The position numbers and the translations under genes are program-made. 64,000 nt of DNA from Giardia intestinalis (lineage: Eukaryota): the NCBI GenBank assembly GCA_000002435.2, contig CM018789.1, one strand, 5' to 3'. Shown here one piece after another: positions 55,853-64,000 of the stretch. Below the pieces are notes generated by a model. It worked only from the letters and a program-made list of their open reading frames with translations, searched no databases and was not told the DNA's origin. Positions within the stretch are counted from its first letter, which is position 1. The number at the start of each line of letters is the position of its first letter.

Positions 55853-58009
55853 ATGTCGAGCGACAACATCAAGGTTATCGTGCGTTGCCGGCCTCTCAAC
55901 GCCCGAGAGACACGGGAGAATGCGCTCAACATTATTCGCATGGACGAGGCGTCTGCTCAGGTCATCGTTGATCCTCCTGAGCAGGAGAAGTCAGCAACCC
56001 AGGCGAAAAAGGTTCCTCGTACATTCACATTTGATGCGGTTTATGATCAAACATCATGCAACTATGGAATCTTTCAAGCGAGTTTCAAGCCTCTCATCGA
56101 TGCCGTTCTCGAAGGATTTAATAGCACTATTTTTGCGTACGGACAGACAGGTGCCGGAAAGACTTGGACGATGGGAGGTAACAAGGAGGAGCCGGGCGCC
56201 ATACCAAACTCTTTCAAGCACCTTTTCGACGCGATCAATTCCAGTAGTAGCAACCAAAACTTCCTGGTCATTGGCAGCTACTTGGAGCTCTACAACGAAG
56301 AGATACGTGATTTGATTAAGAATAACACCAAGCTACCACTCAAAGAAGACAAGACACGGGGAATTTATGTTGACGGGCTCTCTATGCACCGTGTGACAAC
56401 TGCAGCAGAGCTTTCGGCACTGATGGACAAGGGCTTTGCAAATAGGCATGTTGCAGCCACTCAAATGAACGACACTAGCTCCCGATCACATAGCATCTTT
56501 ATGGTCAGAATAGAATGTTCAGAAGTGATTGAAAACAAGGAGGTCATTCGCGTAGGAAAATTAAATCTAGTGGACCTTGCAGGGTCTGAGCGTCAGAGTA
56601 AGACGGGCGCAACTGGGGAAACGCTTGTAGAGGGCGCAAAGATCAACTTGAGCTTGAGCGCTCTGGGGCTGGTTATTTCAAAGTTAGTTGAGGGAGCCAC
56701 GCACATACCATACCGCGACTCAAAGCTTACTAGGCTGCTCCAAGATTCCCTGGGTGGGAATAGTAAGACGTTGATGTGTGCCAATATAAGTCCGGCCTCA
56801 ACCAACTACGACGAGACAATGTCAACCCTCCGCTACGCTGATCGTGCCAAGCAGATCAAGAACAAGCCACGGATCAATGAAGACCCGAAGGATGCGCAGA
56901 TTCGCCAGCTAAGAGACCACATTGCTCGGCTCGAAGCCCAGCTCGCCGAGGCACAAGCAAATGGTGCAAAGCCGATGGATGTGCTGAGGATTGGCAAGAG
57001 CCTTATGAAAGCAATTAATGGAGACGAGCTAAACCTGGATGGAACCTTCCAAGGAACAGCTGGGGCCAAACTCAGTGAAGCACGTGACGGTGACTCAGAG
57101 GGGGAATCAACCGAGGAGGAGATAGTCTTCGTGGAAGACGAAGCATCACGGAAAGCTGCCGATGAACTCGAAGCTAAGCGGCGCGCTCTAGCAGAGGCCA
57201 AGCAGAAACGGGAAAGCGAGTTGGAGCAAAAGGAGGCACTAAACAAAGAAGCAATCGTGACCCTAACAGATCTGAAGTCGCAGTTGTCAGCAATCAAGAA
57301 CAGCGTCTTTGTGGTGAAGCAGCTGGAGATAAAGGATAAGGTTCTTGGTAAAGCACAGCAAAAGCTCACCACCCGTCAGGAGAAGCACAATGCCCTTCAG
57401 CAGGCCCTTCAGAATAAGCAAACCGAGCACCAAACAAAGACAGCCGAGATTTTAAGTGCCGTTGAGAAATTGGAGAGGCTCAAGGCAGACATTTCTAAGA
57501 CCGAGGCAGAGATAAACGAGGTCAATCAAGAGATAGATGATATCACAGAACAGCATGCACTCAGCATTGAGGAGGAGAGGAGAGAGCTCAAGGAAGTGGA
57601 TAAGCGGTCCGCTCTTCTTGATGCAATAATTCAGACATTCATTCCCCAATGCGAGGTCGCAAAGGCAGAAGCTCTTGCAGAGTACGACGAGGAAACAATG
57701 AAGTGGGCAATATCTCCGGAGAAAGTCGATAGGGAGCATCAGATGCTGCTCAAGCGTGTCCGCCACATGCAGATCCTCTATCCCAGTGGAAGCACTAAGC
57801 CTGTATTCTTTGGGAAAGGTAAGGATACCCGGGCACTTGTGAACTTCTCGCAGCTGTCAGGCAATATCCTTGAGTTGGAGCCAGAGCTGCCGGAAAGGAT
57901 GACAGTTGGAGAGGAGATGGACGGATACCAGAGCTACGGCATGAATGAGGATGAGATGCATGATACACAGCTACAAATGTTCTACTCTCAAATAGACACC
58001 TATGAATAG
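55853..58009 (+). CDS. Kinesin-2 family motor protein (KIF3-like heterotrimeric kinesin-2 motor subunit).
   Basis: The N-terminal motor reads [15 protein letters not shown]...[20 protein letters not shown]...[24 protein letters not shown] (KIF3A has NVKVVVRCRPLNERE...PKTFTFDTVF...[24 protein letters not shown]). Switch I is [11 protein letters not shown]. Switch II is [18 protein letters not shown]. The C-terminus has a coiled-coil stalk. The stop is TAG. Confidence 0.85.
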   Translation: [718 protein letters not shown]

Positions 58010-58062
58010 CAGCGAACAGAACAGGGTGGAATGGCTCAAGCTAAAGGTAATTTATTCTAGAT

Positions 58063-59118
58063 TTAAAGAAGAGCCGTCAGGAAAAGAGGCATTCCATCGC
58101 GCTCAAGCATGAACCAAAATGGGCGGTCGCAGATAACATGGTAGATCTCAGGGGGAGGGGCCATCATGGCGCAGCGGAGCATCCTAACTGCAGTAACTGC
58201 GGCTGCCGTTGTCCCCTCTTCGTCTACCTCGATAACGGCCTTCTGAATTACCTTAGTGACAGACATCGGCGCTCCCAGGGACCCGTTGCAGTCACACACC
58301 CCAAACATGCTCTTTGCACCTCGCAGAACAAGGTGATCCTTAAGGTCGTGTGAGGACTCTAGCCTGAATTTTGGCAATTTGAGAACAACCTCCTTGGTCA
58401 AGAAGCCGTCCGTGGGAAAGAAGTTGTCGTACCTCAGGGCCGCCTTCAGAGATGCTTTACCGGTCTCTTTAGGAAGCACAATAATGGCAGAGACGTTACT
58501 ATCGTTGTAATTAAGTTTAACCATCTGTGCACTGTCACTAGATGCATACTGAAGCTTTGCCTTTAAGTACATGAGCTCGCGATCCTGCGTACGACCATCT
58601 AGTGACGTAAATGGAAGCATCTTAGTGTCATCCTTGGAGAACTTCAATGCCCAGTTGGCCTTAAAGTATATAGCGGAGATCAAGATGGCGTCTGTATCTT
58701 TTACATCATCGACGATAGAGTTGATGAGCCCCTTTGTCTGAGCAGAGCACCAGTTGTTGACCTGAGCTGCACTCTTTAGCGGTTCTATTGTAATATCAAA
58801 ATAGCGCTTGGCAAGGGCGACAAATTCGACAGTGGGAGAGACTGATTTGGCGTAGATGTTGGCTGCCAAAGCGAGAGCAGAGTCCTCGCGGAGCAATGAC
58901 GCTATCTGAGAAACCGCTGGCGGGGAGGCTTCCTTCTCGGAAAGCTGCATTGCCGTGAGGAGGTCGTCGTGAACAGACCCTGTCACTGCAGCTAGAAAGA
59001 TGAAAAGCGTGTGGAAGAGGGACCACGATGAGTAGACGACTCCCTTGCTCTGCAGCCTCTCTTCAGTGAAGTAGGCGACGTAGTCGGAGAACAGCGCTTG
59101 GGGCAAAGCAGTGGCCAT
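58063..59118 (-). CDS. Serpin (serine protease inhibitor superfamily) with an inhibitory-type reactive-centre loop hinge.
   Basis: The 351 aa protein has the C-terminal region VDEEGTTAAAVTAVRMLRCAMMAPPPEIYHVICDRPFWFMLER. This matches the serpin hinge (EEGTEAAAAT) and the C-terminal F..DRPFLF motif. The upstream helical region is typical of the serpin fold. Confidence 0.65.
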   Translation of the reverse strand: MATALPQALFSDYVAYFTEERLQSKGVVYSSWSLFHTLFIFLAAVTGSVHDDLLTAMQLSEKEASPPAVSQIASLLREDSALALAANIYAKSVSPTVEFVALAKRYFDITIEPLKSAAQVNNWCSAQTKGLINSIVDDVKDTDAILISAIYFKANWALKFSKDDTKMLPFTSLDGRTQDRELMYLKAKLQYASSDSAQMVKLNYNDSNVSAIIVLPKETGKASLKAALRYDNFFPTDGFLTKEVVLKLPKFRLESSHDLKDHLVLRGAKSMFGVCDCNGSLGAPMSVTKVIQKAVIEVDEEGTTAAAVTAVRMLRCAMMAPPPEIYHVICDRPFWFMLERDGMPLFLTALL

Positions 59119-59348
59119 AATCTTTTAAATAAAGGGTTTATCGCAGGTGTGTTCGGAAGACGTCTACAGCGGCGCCCCACAGCACAGACTGCCCGGGTCT
59201 TGGACCTGGCTTGAACCTAGCACCGCTTGGTCTTCGATCGGTCCTTTTTGACCGTTCTAGATGCGCCACTTTATCTGAAATGGCGAATAGATAAGAAGGA
59301 GGATTTTATTTTAATTCCACTTCCGGTCCCATAAAAAGCGGCTCCCCG
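59119..59348. promoter_or_regulatory. Divergent promoter region between the serpin (minus strand) and RPS16 (plus strand).
   Basis: The 230 bp spacer has A/T-rich elements near both starts (ttttaaataaagggttta; ggattttattttaattcc). Confidence 0.35.
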
Positions 59349-59825
59349 ATGGCGAAGGGCAACAGAAGAGACTTACTGGAAAGGAACGACATAGAGGTGA
59401 GGGAGAGGGACAAGTACACCGTCCACACCCTCGGCAAGAAGAAGAATTCCGTGGCGGTGGCGTTCGTAAAGGCGGGGAAGGGCGACATCCTCGTCAACAA
59501 CGTCCCGCTTGCTCTTGTGAGGCCAGAGATCCTTCGCACAAAGGTCTCGGAGCCCATCATGATCCTCGGCGAGAGCCTCTTCAAGGGACTCGACATGAAT
59601 ATTAAAGTCGCTGGAGGGGGGCACGTGTCCCAGATCTATGCAGTCCGCCAAGCAATCTCCAGGGGCGTCCTTGCGTCTGTCAAGGACGAGGCAGCCCGTT
59701 CAGAACTCCGCGCCAAGCTTGTGAGCTACGACCGCCAGCTTGTGGTCTCCGATCCCCGCAGGTGTGAGGCAAAGAAGTTTGGTGGCCGTGGTGCTCGTGC
59801 CCGTCGCCAGAAGTCGTACCGTTAA
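59349..59825 (+). CDS. RPS16: 40S ribosomal protein S16 (uS9).
   Basis: The 158 aa protein reads ...IKVAGGGHVSQIYAVRQAISRGVLASVKDEAARSELRAKLVSYDRQLVVSDPRRCEAKKFGGRGARARRQKSYR (human RPS16: [77 protein letters not shown]). It has a roughly 22 aa N-terminal extension. The TAA stop is followed 16 nt later by AGTAAAC. Confidence 0.85.
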   Translation: MAKGNRRDLLERNDIEVRERDKYTVHTLGKKKNSVAVAFVKAGKGDILVNNVPLALVRPEILRTKVSEPIMILGESLFKGLDMNIKVAGGGHVSQIYAVRQAISRGVLASVKDEAARSELRAKLVSYDRQLVVSDPRRCEAKKFGGRGARARRQKSYR

Positions 59826-59840
59826 GCGGGCTTCGTCCTA

Positions 59841-59847
59841 AGTAAAC
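59841..59847 (+). promoter_or_regulatory. Polyadenylation signal AGTAAAC (AGTRAAY class) for RPS16.
   Basis: AGTAAAC is an exact match at 16 nt past the TAA stop. This motif class is the established polyadenylation signal in Giardia-type diplomonads. Confidence 0.45.
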
Positions 59848-59876
59848 ATACTGCATCCAATTCACACGCTGTCATC

Positions 59877-62800
59877 TCACCACTGACCCTGGCCCTCCTG
59901 GCCGTTGTTGTAGTAGGAGGCTTGGGTGTCGTAGCCATATGACTGGCCGTACCCATTATTGTGATCACCATAAGCGCTGCTTCCATAGTCCTGCCCATGC
60001 TGATACTGATCAGTTTGATATCCTTGGTAATATCCTTGCTGATACGGATCATTATTCCCTGAATTGTCATAATGAGTACCATAGTTACCCTGGTCATGCT
60101 GCTCAGGCGGTGAGACCTCCGCAGGGCCAACGTCGTAGACCGGTAGCGAAGATGTATCAGCTGCGGGCTCTTTAGGCTTGTCTGCCTCCTCCTTGGCTGC
60201 CGGATCATTGAAGGCCGGCTTAAACATGGGCTTGCCAAAGCCAAACCCTGTCTGGACGCCGCCCACAACCTTCAGGTTATACCCCCCAGCCACTGCACCC
60301 GTTGCAGCCGGATTGAATTTGCGTGCATTCTCATTGCTCATGATTGCTATCTTGCGGGTTGGCTTCTTCGCTGTCTCGCCCCAATCGTCGTCGTCGTCTC
60401 CTGCTACGAGCTGCCTCTTGGCTCCTGCCGGTTTCACCGCTGTCTTATTGGGCGACGATCCCTCTGGTGCTGAGGTTGGAGTCACCTCAGGAGACGTTGG
60501 AGCCTCTGTCGTAGCAGCGCTAGTGTCGTCCTGCTTGGGATTCGTGGTGTCCCCGCCAGCCTGCCTTGCCGCTTCTTGGGCCTCCTCTGCGTCCTGAGCC
60601 TCTTCTTCTGATTCATTTGATTCTTCTTCGTACTCCTCGACCTCATCGTTAACTTGCTCTGCCTGGCCCACATCGAAGGGAAGAGGCTGCCCGTCAGGGC
60701 CAATCATCTCCTTCTTCTTCTTGATCTTTTTAACCTTGACGTGCATTCCGTCCACGTCAAACATGAAGCAACCTATGTTGCAGGCAGACATGAGTGGAAC
60801 GGTTTGAGCAGAAGGCGTGCCAAGAAGCTTGTGGGCAGGGTTGATGAAAGGCCCGTCACCAACGTCAGCGAGGCTCCCGGCGCTAATGCGGTCATCTGCC
60901 ACAGGGCGAGCGGCAATCCCAACCTTCACGCGATTCTTGCCCAGCTCGCTCTGAATTCTCAGGTGTACCAAAACAGACAAGGCATCGGGTTGATATTGCC
61001 TGAAGAGCTTCTTGGGGTACACAGACTCGTTGCTAGCGTAGTCCAATGACCGAATTGGCCTGGCTACATGTTGGAATAGGGAATTCACGCTCGTGTGACT
61101 AGCAGAGTTGAGGAGGTCCATCTCACAAATTCGATAGAGATCGTACGGAGACGGGCGGATAATGGAGTTTTCAATTGCCGTGAAAGAGTCTCCTCCCAGC
61201 TTAATGACAAGCGGATCTGGCTTAATCCCCTTTGGATTAGCGACACCTACAAGCATTCCTGTAGACGGATCTATGCCAAATACGTGGAACAGGGCCGTAT
61301 TGATGCCAATTATTTTCGCATCGGGCCCCCTAGCTCCTGCAGGAATAAACGGCGTGTCCAGCGCCCCAGACACCGCAGATCCTAGTGACTTATCTGTGTT
61401 GGAATATCGTTGCCCATCGACATTATCAATAAACCTAATGGCTGCAGCTGGAGAGAGATGCATATCCTTTACAATCGAATTGCGGACCTTCTCAAGGTAC
61501 TGCAGTATAGACTGAACAGATATGTTGCATGCGAGGAGCGTCAGACAGAGCTCGCAGTAAGCGTTTCTTTCCTCGAAGAGACAAATCAGAGAGCCGATAA
61601 GGAGGAAAGAGATCTCTCCATTCTCAGTGTATACCCCTATGTTCTTGGTGAGCGAAGTCTGTATAGACGGAGATAGTCCCATAGCCGAGGACGAGCGAAC
61701 GAGGTCAAACAAGTCAGCATTCATGGTCCCACCAGAATTGAAGAAGGTCTTGTTAGCTGAGAGGAAGTAGACCACTAACAGCATGAGGTGCTTATTAGCA
61801 TAGCTAAGCTTAACAAGGTTGCTGAAGAGGTTGAAGAGAATCTGGCCGCGAGACTGCGCAGACAGGAGCAGGTTATTTGTGTGGTATGTAAAGAGGTATG
61901 GCAAGGCCAGAAGGAACGGTGCAAGCATCTGTTTAGCGATACAAACAGAGAATATCTTCATAAGCGTCTTCTCGTGCTTCTCGTGGTGCTCAAAGAACTC
62001 CTTCGAACGGGCCAAATCGGCATATCTCTTTAGGAAGAGAATAAGAAAGTCTGCCAGGTTCGGAATATTCATCTTCGACGCTCCGCCCATAGTTTCTGAC
62101 AGTTGAATAAAGGTGAGAGTGAACACCTCCGGGTTGATATCACACGATGGCTGCAGCATGTGCATGAGCTTATTACAATAATAACACGCCTTGAACGGCA
62201 GTAAGGGGTAAAGCTCGCTCTGATTCAGCATATCAGTAGAAGCTCCTGCTCCCAAGGCGCCAATCTGCAGCTTGAACGCCTGAATCTCGTGCTCGCCGGC
62301 TTTTGTTCTTTTCCCGAAAAGCGAAAGATAAGGGCCGTGGACCGGGATTGCTATGTACTGGAGCAGCGTGTTCTTGGGGGTAATCAAGTACACGTTTTTG
62401 TTGGTGACAACAATGTGGTTGGAGGCCTGCACGTCAACAACCAACTCACGGTACTTCCTGGCCATGTCCTCGTCGGACGCAAAAGTTGTTTGGATGATTC
62501 TATTCTTAGAAAAGTCGCTACTAAACGCCAGAACACCCTGCTGAACATGGACGTGGAGCCATTCGATGTACTGCTGATAGACCACGCAGATCCCGTTGCT
62601 TACGAGCAGATCAACAGAGTTATCGGAGACTATCCTCATCAGATAGTTGGACGAGCTCAGGTAGTGGGTACTAAGAGATTGCTTTACCAGATTAACTGCA
62701 CATCCGGTAAGGGTAACCGCTGCAAGATGAATCGCCTTGGACGAAGCTATCACAAGTTGCGCCATTGTGGACGTGATAGCAACAATTTTGCAGACGTAGT

Positions 62801-63959
62801 AATCAGTTGTTATGTCCCTGGTGACCACACCGTCGTTGATGACCTCTGTCTTTGTGATAGGTGCGACCGGAGCAGGAGTAGACGGCGTCGGAGCGGCAGC
62901 CGGGGCAGAAGCAGCGCCAGGTATGAGCGGGGCTACACCCTTTGTCGCTGCCGCGGGTCCTAATGCAGGGTTCAACACCGCAGAAGACGGACCAGAAGAT
63001 CCCGGTTGAAGAGTGCCTGTGCCTGGCTGCTTTGTCATGAAGGCCCCAGTGCCACCGCCGAGGCCAGGGCCCTGGAAACTGAATCCGGCGCCTCCGGCTG
63101 GTTTTCCCATGCTAAACCCCGGGCGGGGGCCCATTCCCATTCCCATGCCCACTCCGGTGACTGCAGGCTGCGCCGGAGACCCACCAGCTACCGCTGCCGC
63201 GTCAGCGATCACTTGTTGATGTGTTGGAGGAGGACCCCGAGCAGACATGTGACCTGAAGATTGTTGTTGGACTGAAACCACGCCATCCCCCTTTCCGATA
63301 GAGTTAGCTGGAACGTCGACAACCTGGATCTGGAGCGGAGCGGACACGCCTACCGTCACGTCGAGACAATAGCCACATATCCCCTTTTCCGAGGCGGTAA
63401 GGAAGAAGCAGCGGGTCTCTACCCTGCCAAAGCTGACAATGGAGTCGTACTCAAACCCAGACTCATCAAGATCAAGAGGCCACACCTTAAACAGCGCGCC
63501 TGTATTCTTGTCAACATCTATGACAAAATACGACCAATCTTCTTTGATCAGAAGCCGAGCCAATATGCCATGCCCATCGTAAGCAACCTTGACGTCATAA
63601 AGATCCGAAAATAAGAGGTTTTTGTTACATTGCTGGGCGATGATCTTAATGATCCCTTCTCGGCTCGGATAAGAAGTCACATCGATCACTTGGGCACTTG
63701 GAAGCTCAATGGCAGGAACCTTACAGTCTCTATAAGTTGCGTCGAAGAGGAACCCATTTATGAGGACGATTCCATTTGGCTGCTGGAGCTTCGCGGGTAT
63801 AACCTCATCACCAGAAGAAGACGGATTAAAATATGTCAGCTCAATGTCTGGGGAAGATCCAAAATCGAACATGGCAGAGGTTGAAAGATGGTACATGAAG
63901 GTGTGATGCGCAGGGGTATTTGCAGAATGAGAAGTCTTAACGAAGACAGGAGTACGCAT
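59877..63959 (-). CDS. Giant hypothetical protein of 1360 aa with an N-terminal beta-rich domain, a Gly/Pro/Met-rich linker, a helical core, an acidic block and a Gln/Tyr/Gly-rich prion-like C-terminus.
   Basis: This is an uninterrupted 4.1 kb ORF. Low-complexity tracts include GMGMGMGPRPGFSMGKPAGGAGFSFQGPGLGGG. An acidic block reads EVEEYEEESNESEEEAQDAEEAQEA. The tail reads YQQGYYQGYQTDQYQHGQDYGSSAYGDHNNGYGQSYGYDTQASYYNNGQEGQGQW. Confidence 0.55.
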   Translation of the reverse strand: MRTPVFVKTSHSANTPAHHTFMYHLSTSAMFDFGSSPDIELTYFNPSSSGDEVIPAKLQQPNGIVLINGFLFDATYRDCKVPAIELPSAQVIDVTSYPSREGIIKIIAQQCNKNLLFSDLYDVKVAYDGHGILARLLIKEDWSYFVIDVDKNTGALFKVWPLDLDESGFEYDSIVSFGRVETRCFFLTASEKGICGYCLDVTVGVSAPLQIQVVDVPANSIGKGDGVVSVQQQSSGHMSARGPPPTHQQVIADAAAVAGGSPAQPAVTGVGMGMGMGPRPGFSMGKPAGGAGFSFQGPGLGGGTGAFMTKQPGTGTLQPGSSGPSSAVLNPALGPAAATKGVAPLIPGAASAPAAAPTPSTPAPVAPITKTEVINDGVVTRDITTDYYVCKIVAITSTMAQLVIASSKAIHLAAVTLTGCAVNLVKQSLSTHYLSSSNYLMRIVSDNSVDLLVSNGICVVYQQYIEWLHVHVQQGVLAFSSDFSKNRIIQTTFASDEDMARKYRELVVDVQASNHIVVTNKNVYLITPKNTLLQYIAIPVHGPYLSLFGKRTKAGEHEIQAFKLQIGALGAGASTDMLNQSELYPLLPFKACYYCNKLMHMLQPSCDINPEVFTLTFIQLSETMGGASKMNIPNLADFLILFLKRYADLARSKEFFEHHEKHEKTLMKIFSVCIAKQMLAPFLLALPYLFTYHTNNLLLSAQSRGQILFNLFSNLVKLSYANKHLMLLVVYFLSANKTFFNSGGTMNADLFDLVRSSSAMGLSPSIQTSLTKNIGVYTENGEISFLLIGSLICLFEERNAYCELCLTLLACNISVQSILQYLEKVRNSIVKDMHLSPAAAIRFIDNVDGQRYSNTDKSLGSAVSGALDTPFIPAGARGPDAKIIGINTALFHVFGIDPSTGMLVGVANPKGIKPDPLVIKLGGDSFTAIENSIIRPSPYDLYRICEMDLLNSASHTSVNSLFQHVARPIRSLDYASNESVYPKKLFRQYQPDALSVLVHLRIQSELGKNRVKVGIAARPVADDRISAGSLADVGDGPFINPAHKLLGTPSAQTVPLMSACNIGCFMFDVDGMHVKVKKIKKKKEMIGPDGQPLPFDVGQAEQVNDEVEEYEEESNESEEEAQDAEEAQEAARQAGGDTTNPKQDDTSAATTEAPTSPEVTPTSAPEGSSPNKTAVKPAGAKRQLVAGDDDDDWGETAKKPTRKIAIMSNENARKFNPAATGAVAGGYNLKVVGGVQTGFGFGKPMFKPAFNDPAAKEEADKPKEPAADTSSLPVYDVGPAEVSPPEQHDQGNYGTHYDNSGNNDPYQQGYYQGYQTDQYQHGQDYGSSAYGDHNNGYGQSYGYDTQASYYNNGQEGQGQW

Positions 63960-64000
63960 CCCATAGATGTACTGTGCTACCTCGCCATTAATGTCGCAAA

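Noticed and set aside
59280-59360. A possible intron in the RPS16 5' region, suggested by the duplicated ATGGCGAA motif at 59301 and 59349 and the unusual N-terminal extension.
   Set aside because: There is no GTATGT-like 5' splice site and no CTRACACACAG-like branch/3' motif between the two copies. The simple continuous ORF is adequate.
1-64000. Prokaryotic-style features such as a CRISPR array, defence island, IS elements or operons.
   Set aside because: The sequence is clearly eukaryotic: kinesin, serpin, USP, UFD1, SRPK and eukaryotic ribosomal proteins are present. No direct-repeat/spacer arrays or transposase-like ORFs were seen.

Overview
This 64 kb window is compact, intron-poor eukaryotic (protist) nuclear DNA at about 50% GC. 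It is most consistent with a diplomonad of the Giardia type; that assignment is inference from gene content and architecture. About 32 tightly packed protein-coding genes lie on both strands, with very short AT-rich intergenic or promoter stretches and standard stop-codon usage (TAA, TAG and TGA each terminate a conserved protein). AGTRAAY-like polyadenylation motifs sit just after stops. No prokaryotic features are present: no CRISPR array, IS element or operon structure. Genes recognisable from the sequence are an RRM protein fragment, a zf-C2HC protein, a LAG1/TLC ceramide synthase, a Myb/SANT protein, a TRAPPC1/Bet5 subunit, an MFS transporter, diphosphomevalonate decarboxylase, an Aa_trans amino-acid transporter, a zf-UBP/USP/DUSP deubiquitinase, ribosomal P1, a NudC-like zinc-ribbon/Nudix-fold protein, a 5-RRM RBM19/Mrd1-like protein, UFD1, an SRPK-type kinase, a kinesin-2 motor, a serpin and ribosomal S16. 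Several giant (1360-2293 aa) low-complexity proteins appear lineage-specific. The most notable non-routine signals are a decayed kinase-ankyrin gene whose kinase-domain remnant is frameshifted upstream of an intact ankyrin ORF, an adjacent 0.8 kb ORF-free GC-rich gap, and a second 0.6 kb gap. Both gaps are candidate ncRNA or gene-remnant loci. Further signals are a serpin with an inhibitory-type hinge, a NudC-like protein with a degenerate Nudix box, same-strand gene overlaps, and a stop codon directly abutting the next gene's start codon in the same frame.
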